A DNA stretch of 63,680 nt, filler included, from Octopus bimaculoides (GCF_001194135.2; 3 parts of 3 records of this genome joined end to end with filler, not necessarily neighbours in it); one strand, 5' to 3'. Positions 12,026 to 25,435 are shown, counted from the first letter of the whole stretch. Made by a program: numbers and translations. The notes: a model not told the origin generated them from the letters alone.

Positions 12026-12125
12026 NNNNNNNNNNNNNNNNNNNNNNNNNNNNNNNNNNNNNNNNNNNNTTAATTAATTAANNNNNNNNNNNNNNNNNNN
12101 NNNNNNNNNNNNNNNNNNNNNNNNN
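12026..12125. other. Artificial 100-bp join: 44 N + TTAATTAATTAA + 44 N
   Basis: Symmetric N padding around a linker with stops in all six frames; identical structure at 34785-34884. Confidence 0.9.
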
Positions 12126-12175
<50 letters not shown>

Positions 12176-12462
12176 TTATGTAGTCATATACGTGTGTGTG
12201 CGAATGTGTATTTCTGTGTCTGTGCATATGTATGTGCAAATTTGAGGAAAATTTGTGAACATACACTGAGTGTTTCTGCTTATCGCGTTATACAAGCAAA
12301 TTTGTTGAAATATGTATACGCCGGTATTTACATATAAAATTACAAACCTCTAAATACGATTGAGCGGCAGTGTATGATTTACGTACATGCTCACACGCAT
12401 GCACTCACACTCCCACACTCACACGCAAAGTCAAATATACTATATATGCGTGNNNNNNNNNN

Positions 12463-12522
<60 letters not shown>

Positions 12523-12694
12523 CATGCATATATAAAAATACAATAAGATATTGTAATGATAAATTAATATTATGATATATTAAATATATTATGTTATGTA
12601 CAGCAATTAAAAGCCAAAATGGTAGAATATATAAATAAAGGTGCAAAGTAGCTCCGCATAATAAAGCCATTCGCACTGAAAGCATATATATATA

Positions 12695-12990
12695 CTCATT
12701 ATAGCCTCGGTTGACCAAAACCCAAAACATTGTGAGTGGATTTCGTACTCGGAAACTGAAAGAAGACTGTCGGATATATGTGTATATTTGTGTCTTGTGT
12801 TTGTACTCCCACCATTGCTTGACAACTGATGTTGCTGCGTTTACATTCCTGTAACTTAGAGGTTTGGTAAATGACACTGACAGAATGAGTGCTAGGCTTA
12901 CAAAGAATAAATCCTATGGTTGATTTCTTCGACCAAGGGCGGTGCTCCAGCATTGCCGCAGTCACATGACTGAAACAAGTAAAGCAATAA
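12695..12990 (+). mobile_element. Composite SINE (B 3' part, short microsatellite, C module), 5'-truncated
   Basis: tatagcctcgg..ttgtgagtggatt..ggaaactgaaagaag, then gcttgacaac..gtaacttag..ggcttacaaagaataa..ggcggtgctccagcat..gcagtca.atgactgaaacaagtaaa. Confidence 0.8.
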
Positions 12991-13045
12991 AAATCTATGC
13001 CATTTTAATCCCAAACAAGGCCGGTTATCTCTGCTAGAATATATA

Positions 13046-13081
<36 letters not shown>

Positions 13082-13641
13082 TGTATGTATGTATGTATGT
13101 ATGTATGTATGATTCAGTAGGAAAAGTTCTTTTTTAATAAGTAAATGACTCATTCATAAGTTTACCACATCAGTTTCACTTTCGAGAAACAAATTGATTG
13201 TGATATGTATCCTCTACCAAGACCAGATGTTTTCCTCCTGTTTTCACTTCTGTCTGACTTTTTTCCTATTAACATTATCAGTCATTAGTTGGATCTCATG
13301 GATATATTGTTAAGAATGATCAAAAATCAAAAGTATTAAAAATTTCGGAATCATTTAACTTTCTCAGTATATAGGTTGGGAATCGCATTAAAAGAAAAAA
13401 CTATAAACGTCACATTTTTATGAAATTATATATCATATATTAGATTTTGTTTTTAGATTACACTGTTTATTCTAGACGTTAAAAAAGCTTTGGTTTAATA
13501 AAAGTTACATTTAAAGTAAATTGTATAATTATTACTAAGATCAATGTATGTTATCGGTAAAACTATTCGCGAAATTTGTACACAGCTTCTCTTCTACACA
13601 TAAGAAAATATAACTAAATAGAAATGTAAAAGCAATATATA

Positions 13642-13644
<3 letters not shown>

Positions 13645-13701
<57 letters not shown>

Positions 13702-13770
13702 NNNNNNNNNNNNNNNNNNNNNNNNNNNNNNNNNNNNNNNNNNNNNNNNNNNNNNNNNNNNNNNNNNNNN

Positions 13771-13815
<45 letters not shown>

Positions 13816-13835
13816 ATTCTCTCTATTTATCAAGT
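13645..13835. repeat. (CT)n microsatellite spanning a gap
   Basis: Direct reading. Confidence 0.9.
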
Positions 13836-13982
13836 TTTTTGAAACCTGATTATTCCGTCAAAATAGTAGTTAATGAGCTGTATGTTGTTTGAAAATTTTG
13901 CTCGCGTAAACATTATGAAAATGTTGATTTATACATTTACTCTTCCACATATATGAAAATGAAGTAAAAATTTAAGATCAAC

Positions 13983-14027
<45 letters not shown>

Positions 14028-15192
14028 GTCTCTTTCTTACTATCAATTTACTTGAAATGCGGATTTATGCGATAAAATAGTAATTATCATCGACCGGTAT
14101 GTTGCCTACATTATATTGCTTACTGCTTAATAATGTTAGCATATAAACTTCATGAAAACGCTGACCAAAGACAACAAGGTCACAAATATGGTAGATTACT
14201 ATATATTTTAAAATACTGAAATGAGTGACTTTTATCGATACAATTATGCACAAAATGTACATGCTAAGCTTAACTTCATGAATTTTGGAGAAAGATTTAC
14301 CTGTATAGCGTTCTTTATGACTGAAAACGAGAAATGAAAACCACACGTATTGAACCGGAAGTCGGAAATAGATAAATTCAAAAACCGACTGGAAGTACAT
14401 ATTGCAGATAATTAAGATTCGTTTTGTTATTGTGTAATTAATAGCAGCATTAAAAAAGTGACATAAAAACCAAAATTTCATGAACATACAGAAAATTTTA
14501 ATATTTTCTATTTATTCTAGACTTTAAAAAGCTTTAATCTAGTAATGTTTTTACCTTTTAAATTGCCTTGTTCCATTATAAAAGAAAAAATGTGATACAT
14601 GCATGTCTCATGCAACGGCTTAATTCATGATATTTATAATTTTCATGTTTGACTGCATGAAGTATGTTCAGTCATCATAAATTTTATATAGTTTGTGTTT
14701 AAACCGAAATCATGACGTTACTTCAATTTACTGTCAAAATTCTTTCACTTGAGTTATGCAGTTGCAGCTCACCTATTTGCCTCTGCTCACCAGCACCATC
14801 AGCAAGAGCAAAGACACCACTCCATCCTTTTTTTTTTACCTCGTCGTCCTTCTAAAAGATGGGATACATCACAATATCATCACTTTTTACACCACTGACC
14901 TCGGACCAACTGAAGAGCAGCAAAACTCCTCAAATAATACCTTATTCTCTTACATAAGAACACACTGACGAATTATTTACCAAGACTTATTGGTCTTACC
15001 AAGACAATTATTTACCAAGACCTTAAACATATTCGCTCATATCTACATGATGAGGATTGTCCTGATAGTAAGCAGTCACAATACCAACAAACCTATAATG
15101 TGAACCCTCGTTCTGCTAGGAAAAAAAATAGTCCATCTCTACACACCCACCTTACAAAAGGATACAATTTATAATTTAGTTCTGTATATATA

Positions 15193-15350
15193 TCATCATC
15201 ATCATCATCGTTTAACGTCCGCTTTCCATGCTAGGATGGGTTGGACGATTTGACTGAGGACTGGTGCAACCGGATGGCTACACCAGGCTCCAATCTAATT
15301 TGGCAGAGTTTCTATAGCTGGATGCCCTTCCTAACGTCCGGGTTGTTGCG
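15193..15350 (-). mobile_element. 3' end of an RTE-related retroelement with a (GAT)n tail
   Basis: (cat)n-cgtttaacgtccgctttccatgc..ggatgcccttcctaacg; simple-repeat tail and a 3' motif I recognise from RTE-type tails. Confidence 0.6.
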
Positions 15351-16634
15351 CTTGGAGTACCTTTCATCAACAGCATATTTAATGATAGCAGACCTACTGC
15401 TAACAACTACATTTTCCAATTTCTCTTTCATTTTTTAAAGATTGCTAAATGTAGTTTGAGGGAGATATGTCTACCAATTCTAGCAGATAGTTCGGTTCTA
15501 CGTATAAAGAAATTATTCCGCGAATTTAGCTTTAATATCAACTTAAAGCTGTCATTTGTCAGGGAAACATTTGGAGGAGGAAGAGTTACAAAACGTACAT
15601 TTATGGTTTGGAAGGATTAAACAATCTATCCTTTGTTAATTTATATAACTTTCATAATGAATCTTTTTTGTTCACCAGAGAAGGATATAGTTCGGAATGA
15701 AGTGAATTTTTCTTATATATTTAATTAGTTTATCACGTGTTTAAGGATCTGTGTATTTTACTATTACAGATTATCCCGCACTGGTGTGCTTATTTCAGTT
15801 TTATATCCATCTTTATCAATGTCTTCTAACAAAACGTAAATATAGAGAGAATGGAGATGGCTAAAATTCTGGTAAAGGAAGGAGTGAATGTGTGAATTGG
15901 AGCAGAATAATAGGACGAGGGCTGAAAGGGAGATCGATCGTGCGAGCTGGCGTTTGCAAGTAATTAGACCAAAGAAGTAAAGTCTGTGGTAGAAGTCATA
16001 CAAAGGGCGTAAAAGAGAAGATAGTGTGTTGGTGAGTGAATCCATGAAGAACATTTAGTATTATTCAGCCATTAGTATACATTCCATAACGTAACTTTTA
16101 AGGTTTCGTTATGAAAACCAAACACTCCATGTTGCTATGTTTATAAATTCAGTTCAATGTGGCAGGAATCCAAAATCTGAATATAAACACAACGTGAGTT
16201 TGTCCAATATTCCATATAAGTGTATGTAAGACGTCAAACAATATATGCAGTGAAGCTGTTAACTGATTGAAACAAGGAGTTGCCTTTGTTGACTCACATA
16301 CAACAGAATGTCTTGGCCTAGGGATATAAAATATTGTTACTATATATTTATAGTTTCAGTTTTCCGCTAACCAAACAACAAATATGTGTGCAGGTGTTTT
16401 TGTATAGTTTCTGTAAAGCTACATAAGCATCTTAGTGAGTATTCGAGTGCGTATATGTACACGTTTGTATCTAAGTTTCTCCACAAATTTCAGTATTCCA
16501 ATATATGTTGTTTATAGGAAATACGTTAATAAACACTTGCCCACATTATACAAACCTACACACGTTGCTTTCACAATTACATTATATATAAACATGCATA
16601 CATATGTGTGGGTATATGCGTATGTACGCCTGTT

Positions 16635-16674
<40 letters not shown>

Positions 16675-16842
16675 ACGTGATGTGGATTAGTGCCCCACGG
16701 GCAGCCTTCGATTTTTCTATTCAAAAGTATTTTTCAAACCAATATTTACATTTTATTTATAGTTCTATGTTTGCTTCGAGATCCATTTCCCAAAAAGTAT
16801 ATTATACACACAAGCACACACACATGTATATATGTGTGTGCG

Positions 16843-16889
<47 letters not shown>

Positions 16890-16952
16890 ACATAGATATA
16901 CATGCTTATACATAAATATATACACACACATATACATGCATATATACATATA

Positions 16953-17477
16953 CGTGGTCAGATCAATAAGTATCCGAACTGTTATCATAGTAACGATGCT
17001 AAAGCCGCAGAATAAAGCCGCTTGGTACAGATTGACCTTGAACGCTGCTGTGCATGCGCACTAAGTTTTAAAGTTCTAGCTCACTTCCGCTGTTTACAAC
17101 AGTGCTTGGAAGGAGAAAGTGTGTAGCGTGTGATCGTCGGATTGACCATGACAGAGAAAGTTGACCAGAGAATCTGCATCAAATTTTGCCAAAAATTTGG
17201 CGATACCTGATCAGAGACCCACGCAAAGTTTTCAAAAAGTTTTCATCGTTGTCGACACAATCAAGGAGATCTTGTGTAACTGAAACCTGAGTCTTCATGG
17301 TCATCTGAAAGCAGCTTTGGTACAAACTTGGCAAACACGCGTCTCATACCCAAATCTTCAGTGATAATAGTCTGAACACAGCAGAGTTCAAGCCTATTTT
17401 TTGCCAAGCGGATTTACTCTGCATGCTTTAGCTTCGTTACTATCGCAACAGTTCGGATACTTATTGATCAGACTTCG
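16953..17477 (+). mobile_element. Internally deleted mariner, both TIRs and TA flanks present, with an inverted internal transposase segment
   Basis: Left TA-cgtggtcagatcaataagtatccgaactgtt; right aacagttcggatacttattgatcagacttcg-TA. The + strand gives MTEKVDQRICIKFCQK and the - strand gives IITEDLGMRRVFAKFVPKLLSDD. Confidence 0.88.
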
Positions 17478-17485
17478 TATATATA

Positions 17486-17529
<44 letters not shown>

Positions 17530-18604
17530 CATATCGCGTCAAACTGGTATGGCTTTTGTTCGGTAATGCTGGGAAATAATATCTGATGTGCGATAAAATT
17601 ATTTGCTACCTTGGAGCCAGACACCATCACTGATCAACAGACAAATGATATATTAGTCAGAAATTGATTCAAAGGATCTAAATTTTTCCTGTCATGAAAT
17701 AAATTCTGTTTTTGATTTGCGGGTAAATATTTCGCTTGACACGTCAACTTACTTTACGTATTGTTAAGTAGAAAAGCTAACTTTTTTATTTCTTTCAGTG
17801 CAATGTAAAATATAATATAGGATGTCAAGAAATAATGCGAAAGAGAGAGGAGAGGAGAAAGGTTTTTATTAGGTTATCACGCTAAAAGATGAAATTATAT
17901 TGAAAATTCCAAATAATTTAGCTTAATGGGTTTAGCCATCACAGAGACATAGAACTACATTACTGTCCAGATTAACTGATATAGAGACCAAAAAAATGAA
18001 GTGGTGTGTTAAGATTAGTATCATTCTCTTTTTCTCCAAAATTTATCAACGAAATAACTGGTTCTTTTAAACACTGAAGCAGGTCCTTTCTACATTATAC
18101 AATTATTCTTTTACTGCTTCAGAATGTAATAGTCATATCGAATCAAGTCTGGTACATATATTAGCAATTAAATGTTGCCGAACCTCTAAGTTGCGAGATA
18201 AAAATAGGCCAACATGAACATGAATACACACACAGACAGGGGAGACAGAAAGAGAGAGAGGGGTGAGCGATAGATTCTGAGGAATAGACATGTACGATCG
18301 TCATCCAAAAAACGAAAAATATTTGGCAACATTCACCAGAAAAGCCATCAAGAAAAAGGTAGAACCTACTGAGAAAGCCTGTAGATAGCTCTGACTAAAA
18401 AAAAGTGAGTGGTGAGGTTAGCAGGATGCCATATCTGACAGGTTTAGTTTTAATTAACCTAGGCTGGAACGCCTGGATGAAGATGTGCGTTGTAAAACAG
18501 GAAGGATTTCTAATATCTAAATTTAATTCAATTTTTCTGAGTCGCTCTGCGTTGTGCTACATGTGTGTGCATGTGCATCCGCACAATCACACACTCACAC
18601 ATTT

Positions 18605-18740
18605 ATAGTCTTCTTTACTACTTTCGGCAGGAGAGCTACGGCCAGACTGGGGCACTGCCGCTGGAAGAATGAATAAATTATTGTTAGAGCCCAAAGTAAC
18701 ATACAATGGAACTAAATCTGGAACCATGTGTTGGGAAGTA
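18605..18740 (-). mobile_element. Heavily decayed, internally deleted B/C composite SINE
   Basis: ctacggccagactggggcactgcc resembles the C tail; ctggaaccatgtgttgggaag resembles the B head. Confidence 0.45.
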
Positions 18741-18768
18741 TGTGTGTGTGTGTATGTATATGTATATA

Positions 18769-18985
18769 TGAGCATGTGGGGGAAAGTTCTTGACTTTGGG
18801 TAAAAGAAAATAAAGAAGGATCAGTTAATTATGGTTTTATTCAACATATTCATATCTCAGATTCACACACTTATTGCAGTAGTTCTTGAGTTTTTCGAAT
18901 CTTTGTAAAAGAACTCGGAAAGTTGGGCCTCCAATCAGGCTTTGCGCGACACCCTTAAAATCAGGAACGTTTCAGTACCCTCTCG
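18769..18985 (-). mobile_element. Mariner-derived MITE retaining the transposase C-terminal codons
   Basis: Degenerate TIRs (gag..g.g...aaagtt(c)ctg(a)ct) at both ends; the minus strand carries aataagtgtgtgaatctgagatatgaatatgttgaataa (NKCV.L..EYVE*-like). Confidence 0.6.
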
Positions 18986-20729
18986 TGTGTAAACATATAT
19001 ATCCACCACCACCCCACACACACACATACACACACACACATGTCAAGGCCATGTCTTTTATTTTACTATGTACAGAAAGAATAACAAAGGGTGTCTAGCT
19101 GTTTAAATTTTCATAGCAAAAGTTATAAAAAGTAATGTGAGTGCATTCGTGTATGTGTGTATGTGTGTGTGTCTGTGTGTCTGTGTGTCTGTGTGTGTAT
19201 GTATGTGTTTATGTGCGTGTTTACTGATGTGCGTACAAACGTAAGGAGAGACCATTGAACGCGTGTATTGGCGATTAAATATTTGTATTCCCAAGTTGTT
19301 ACTTAAATCTGCATTAACCAGTTTCATAGATATAAATATTTGTTTGATCTTTCGCATGCTGACAATCTAGAAGGTGATAAAGGCACAAAATCTAATGAAA
19401 GCTGATTGTCACTACATTATCTATAACGTTAGGGTCAAGTGATGGGGGACTGCAAGGTATTGTAGCAGCTGCTGATTGGGGAACATCTCACTCCATAAGG
19501 TTTGATCAGAATTTCAGTGAAGTTTCAATAAAACTCATGAAATTCTTTTATCGACTAATTGACTTAAAATTTGCTAATAGTAAGCTCCATTGATGAAAGC
19601 AGTAGGAAGGTTCATTATTCTTGTTAAGGGATACAGTTGTCCATTTTAAATGTGTAGTTTCTCAGAGTGACTAATATTTTAGTTCAATGCTCCCGCACGC
19701 ACTTACGCACACGCAGACTCATATAATACTATGCTTGCCCACACATACATTCACACGTTCTCACCCACACACACATATACACATATACACTCACTATCAT
19801 CCTCACATACACACGCACGCCTACGAGCACACAGTTTAGCCAGGTCACTGTTATTTCCCCTTCCATTCAACCACAGCCTTCTGGTCATTTGAGCATGTGA
19901 CGCTGTCAATCCAGACGCGTTTTTTTTTTCTTCTCTCCGATCTTCATTTCTCACCGTTTTCTTTCATCGTTTGTTTTTGTAGAAGACCAAAGGCGCGATT
20001 CGTCAAAGACGTTTCTCTTTTTCCTGAGCATCAAACTAATACACCTCGTTTCTTGTTCCCTCACCCATCTCTGTCTTTTGTTTTGTTTTGTTTTGTTTGT
20101 TTTTTTTGTACATTTTAACAATATTGTTCCGTGCCGTTACGATTAGGGAGGAGCTTTTGAATAAACTGCAGATTATGCTGGGCATTTCATTTCCAAAATA
20201 GGAATATCTAATATGAGCACTATGCGCGTTAAAAAGGTTGTGGCATGGGAAATAGTGTCTAAGAATTACAAAGATCGTATTTTACTTCGCAATAATATCT
20301 AGGCTGAGCGGAACATTAGACCAAGTGTTTTCCTCTCTCCAATTCACATCAGAAATAGGGTTGAACTATCCTAATTCTACCCACCAAATGTGCGCTCACA
20401 CACACACACACATGCACACATACACACACACACATACAATCACATATATACTTGCATACACATATATACATACGTATGTATTTGTGTATGTGCGCACGCA
20501 CTCGTGAGTGTATGTGTGTTCCTGAGTGTATATGCGTGAGAGTGTTTGTGAGTGTGTGAAAGGAGGTTCATGAGTTTGGCAGCAAAGTACTCTTTGCAAT
20601 AGCAGAGTTTAATCATTATTCATAGACACAGTGTCGTTACTCTGAGTTCACAGTTGCTGCTCGCTCCGTCGACATCATCAACACCTGCATGTCCGCGCAT
20701 GTACCATTCATACCAGCATATACGTGTGT

Positions 20730-20880
20730 GTCTGTGTACGAGTATATACTACATATGCAACATATGGTGCAGATACCCGCATGTAGTTTTAAAATTTATC
20801 AGAATACGTAGCTAGGAAACAGGGAATATATACATATGTATACACAAACATACTTGTATACACATATGTATGTGTGTGTG
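20730..20880 (+). repeat. Unclassified ~150-bp dispersed repeat, copy 1
   Basis: catgtagttttaaaa.ttatcagaatacgtagctaggaaacag.gaatatatacata.gtatacacaaacatactt recurs at 27226-27372. Confidence 0.8.
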
Positions 20881-21281
20881 TATATATACATGTGTGTACG
20901 TGTACATATAAAGAGAGAGAGAAAGAAAGAGGAGAAAGAGATAGACGTAGATATATATGATACACACACATATACATATAGACGTATACATTTATACACA
21001 TTTACATAAAATGAAGGTTAATTGAAAGAGAGTATATGGAAAGCGAAGAGCTGAAAGCACCTGTCTAGACACAGGCACGATTATAACATCATTTACTATA
21101 TATATTTATTCTTGTTGATTTATACTAAAACTACTTTCGTTACTTTATAGGTCTCATATAGCGAACCTGGCACGTTATTTGGGGTTATTAGAAAGGTTCG
21201 TATACACAATGTTTCACATATGTGAGTATTTGTGTGTATATATACATATATATATGTATATATATGAGTGTATATATATAT

Positions 21282-23628
21282 TTATACTATAAAAGGCAGA
21301 TTTTCTCTGTGTGTGTGTATGTTTAAAATTCATACATTTACACAATTCCAAATTTCTTCGATTAAACAATCGCAATTAATATTCTAAACACAATAAGTTA
21401 GGTCACTGCGTCATTTTTTCACTCCAAAAAATTCCTAATTGCGAATAAAATCCTTAAAACTACACAAGTAAACATTTTCTCCCTAATAAAATCTAATTTC
21501 CTCTTTCTAATACAAATCCTTTCAACTCCTATTTTTTCTTATGAAGCTTTACGGAAAATCCAACAACAAATAGAAAAATAAAGGAAGAAGAAAAAGAAAA
21601 CTATTTCAGTAAAAAATCACATTTCGATACTGTAATGACAGATACTAAAAGTACATACAAAATTACTTTGCCCCTCTAAAATTAACTATTTCTATTCCTC
21701 TTACACATCGTTTCAATTGCTACTTTCTCTTATGAACGTTTACGAATGATCCAAGAAAAAGACAAAGAAATGAAGGAGAGTGAGAGTCAAATAAACAGAC
21801 ACACTGCCAATCATACGTAAATACACACATATATATGTACCTATGGTTACCAATGACCTCATTCTAATTGGCGGGAATTATAAGTTTACTTTCCATTTCT
21901 AACACCGTCATTTACTAGCGAGACATCTTTCTCAAATACGATCAACANNNNNNNNNNNNNNNNNNNNNNNNNNNNNNNNNNNNNNNNNNNNNNNNNNNNN
22001 NNNNNNNNNNNNNNNNNNNNNNNNNNNNNNNNNNNNNNNNNNNNNNNNNNNNNNNNNNNNNNNNNNNNNNNNNNNNNNNNNNNNNNNNNNNNNNNNNNNN
22101 NNNNNNNNNNNNNNNNNNNNNNNNNNNNNNNNNNNNNNNNNNNNNNNNNNNNNNNNNNNNNNNNNNNNNNNNNNNNNNNNNNNNNNNNNNNNNNNNNNNN
22201 NNNNNNNNNNNNNNNNNNNNNNNNNNNNNNNNNNNNNNNNNNNNNNNNNNNNNNNNNNNNNNNNNNNNNNNNNNNNNNNNNNNNNNNNNNNNNNNNNNNN
22301 NNNNNNNNNNNNNNNNNNNNNNNNNNNNNNNNNNNNNNNNNNNNNNNNNNNNNNNNNNNNNNNNNNNNNNNNNNNNNNNNNNNNNNNNNNNNNNNNNNNN
22401 NNNNNNNNNNNNNNNNNNNNNNNNNNNNNNNNNNNNNNNNNNNNNNNNNNNNNNNNNNNNNNNNNNNNNNNNNNNNNNNNNNNNNNNNNNNNNNNNNNNN
22501 NNNNNNNNNNNNNNNNNNNNNNNNNNNNNNNNNNNNNNNNNNNNNNNNNNNNNNNNNNNNNNNNNNNNNNNNNNNNNNNNNNNNNNNNNNNNNNNNNNNN
22601 NNNNNNNNNNNNNNNNNNNNNNNNNNNNNNNNNNNNNNNNNNNNNNNNNNNNNNNNNNNNNNNNNNNNNNNNNNNNNNNNNNNNNNNNNNNNNNNNNNNN
22701 NNNNNNNNNNNNNNNNNNNNNNNNNNNNNNNNNNNNNNNNNNNNNNNNNNNNNNNNNNNATACATACAAATACCTGTCATGTTTTTTTAGTGTGTGTGTT
22801 GCCCATATATATATATACACTTAAGACTTAGTTGTGGGTTGGGAGTTTGATCGGTAGAGGTCATTATTATTATTATTTATTTATTATTTTTATGATTTAA
22901 AATTTTTCCCACAACGGCGGCTTCGGGCAGGTGGAGAATAGTCGATTATATTGACCCCTGTGTTCAACTGGTACTTATTTTTTAGACCCCGAAAGGATGA
23001 AAGGCAAAGTCAACTTCGGCGGAATTTGAACTCACACACTCATACATACAAATATCTGTCATTATCTTCCAAATACGATCGACAGTCAAACATTTATTCC
23101 TTACAAACTGAATTGTTTTAATATCTTTCTTGAGACGCATTTACTTACTACCATATTTAGACACAGAATACACATTAATACACACATACATACAAATACC
23201 TGTCATGTTTTTTTAGTGTGTGTGTGTGTGTTGCCCATCTTGATATATAATGCTGAAGTTCTGTACTTACTAACATTTTTTTATTTAGTGTGTATGTGTG
23301 GGAGTGTTGCCCATATATATATGCACTTAAGACTTAGTTGTGGGTTGCGAGTTTGATCTGCAGAGGTCATTATTAATATTATTCACATTAACACCCGCAC
23401 GATTTTCNNNNNNNNNNAGACGGATGAAATTTACGTACACTTAATAATGTTACACAAAACAGCCTTCAGACTTCCCCTATTAATTTCGTTTTTTGAATTA
23501 TGAACATATTTACATCATAAGGGTTTTTTCATTGTAAGGCTTTCTTTTTTAGTTGATATTCACCTAGCAAGACTTATCGTAGATGGCCTAATAAGTCACA
23601 CCCGGACAACGTCGGGTTATACTGCTAG
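21282..23628 (+). mobile_element. Putative non-autonomous Helitron (5' TATACTATAAAA end; 3' hairpin plus CTAG), spanning a gap
   Basis: 5' ttatactataaaaggcagattttctctgtgtgtgtg; 3' acccggacaacgtcgggt hairpin (23600-23617) then CTAG at 23625-23628 followed by T. That the two ends belong together is inferred across the N gap. Confidence 0.65.
22930..23035 (-). mobile_element. Family A SINE, 3' half
   Basis: caactggtacttatt..gaccccgaaaggatgaaaggcaaagtcaacttcggcggaatttgaac. Confidence 0.8.
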
Positions 23629-24039
23629 TATATTTATATATGCCTATATATGTGTGTGTGTGTGTATGTACGTATGAATGTATGTATGTATATATACATA
23701 CACCTGCGCATATAGCCGCCTTCTGTGTAAAAGTCTCTTTTCTCAACCATATGTGTGTCTGTGTCTGTGTATATGTACACATATATNNNNNNNNNNTACA
23801 TATATAAAGTATATATGTATACACTAACTGAAATATACACACATAAGCACAAACGGCCTGTTGACCTACAAAGGAAATATCATGTACTGTTAAAGATATC
23901 TAACAACATCCACCGACATCATCAGTTTGAAATAACAATGTTAACTATGGCAGGAATAATGAGGATAGTTATCAGGAGGAGGACGAGGAGGAGGAGGAGG
24001 AAGAGGAGGATCAGAAGCACGAGCAAAAGGAGAGTCACG

Positions 24040-24186
24040 CTAGTCGATTAAACCGACCCCAGTACTGAATTGGTACTTATTTTACCAGCCCGAAAGAGAT
24101 GAAAGGCAAAGTCGACCTTGGTGGAATTTAGGGCTACAAGAAATGCCGTTAAGCGTTTTGTCTTGCGTACTAATGATTCGGTCAGC
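24040..24186 (-). mobile_element. Decayed family A SINE
   Basis: cgaccccagtactgaattggtacttatttt..gatgaaaggcaaagtcgaccttggtggaattt. Confidence 0.75.
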
Positions 24187-24187
24187 T

Positions 24188-24234
<47 letters not shown>

Positions 24235-24235
24235 A

Positions 24236-24488
24236 CAATAAGGTGGTGATAGTGCCAAATATTGCTGGGTCCTTGGGAACAGAATCAGAAGGCATCAAGA
24301 GGAATATGAAGGGAATCGGAATAAAGTGCCCACTAGAGCTGTTATGATGTGTGTGTTCCCCCCTTGGCAAAGCCAGAATAATTAGGAAAGTATTAGATAT
24401 AGCTGAAAAGACAACATGGTACCTTAGGATCTAGCTACAAAAACCATTACGCATGCAAGACATCAGGATTTCTAACAAAACCTTAGTT
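24236..24488 (+). mobile_element. R4/Dong-type LINE 3' tail (distinct 3' UTR)
   Basis: Translates to KVVIVPNIAGSLGTESEGIKRNMKGIGIKCPLELL..GKARIIRKVLD, the RLE C-terminal pattern; lies between (AGT)n and (GAT)(AAT)n. Confidence 0.7.
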
Positions 24489-24498
24489 GATGATGATG

Positions 24499-25012
<514 letters not shown>

Positions 25013-25034
25013 ATAATAATAATAATTATTATAA

Positions 25035-25104
25035 AATGGCTGTGGATGACGAAAAGTGATTTAAAACCGGAAACGGAGGCTCTAATTTGTGCTGCCCAAG
25101 TGCA

Positions 25105-25105
<1 letters not shown>
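25035..25105 (+). mobile_element. ~70-bp internal fragment of an R4/Dong-type LINE
   Basis: KWLWMTKSDLKPETEALICAAQ corresponds to WAWLERGELKRTTESLIIAAQ of the 809-1807 copy. Confidence 0.65.
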
Positions 25106-25158
<53 letters not shown>

Positions 25159-25159
<1 letters not shown>

Positions 25160-25357
25160 CCTTTCCACTATAGGACACAAGAAAGACCTGAAATTTGCGG
25201 GGAGGGGGTAAGTTGATCACATCGACCCCAGTGCTCAACTGGTACTTATTTCATCGAACCCGAAAGGATGAAAAGCAAAGTCGACCTCGGCGGAATTTCA
25301 ACTCAAAACATAAAGACAGACTAAATACTGCTAAGCATTTCGCCCGGCGTGCTAACG

Positions 25358-25358
<1 letters not shown>
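25159..25358 (-). mobile_element. Family A SINE inside (AAT)n
   Basis: Reverse-complement family A with (AAT)n immediately on both sides. Confidence 0.85.

Positions 25359-25435
<77 letters not shown>

Noticed and set aside
14750-15130. Gln/His-rich reading frames with a short repeated ttatttaccaagac motif
   Set aside because: Frames break at a poly-T run; no splice signals or recognisable domain.
15840-16050. MEMAKILVKEGVNV resembling an ankyrin repeat
   Set aside because: Several in-frame stops follow within a few codons; the similarity is too short to call.
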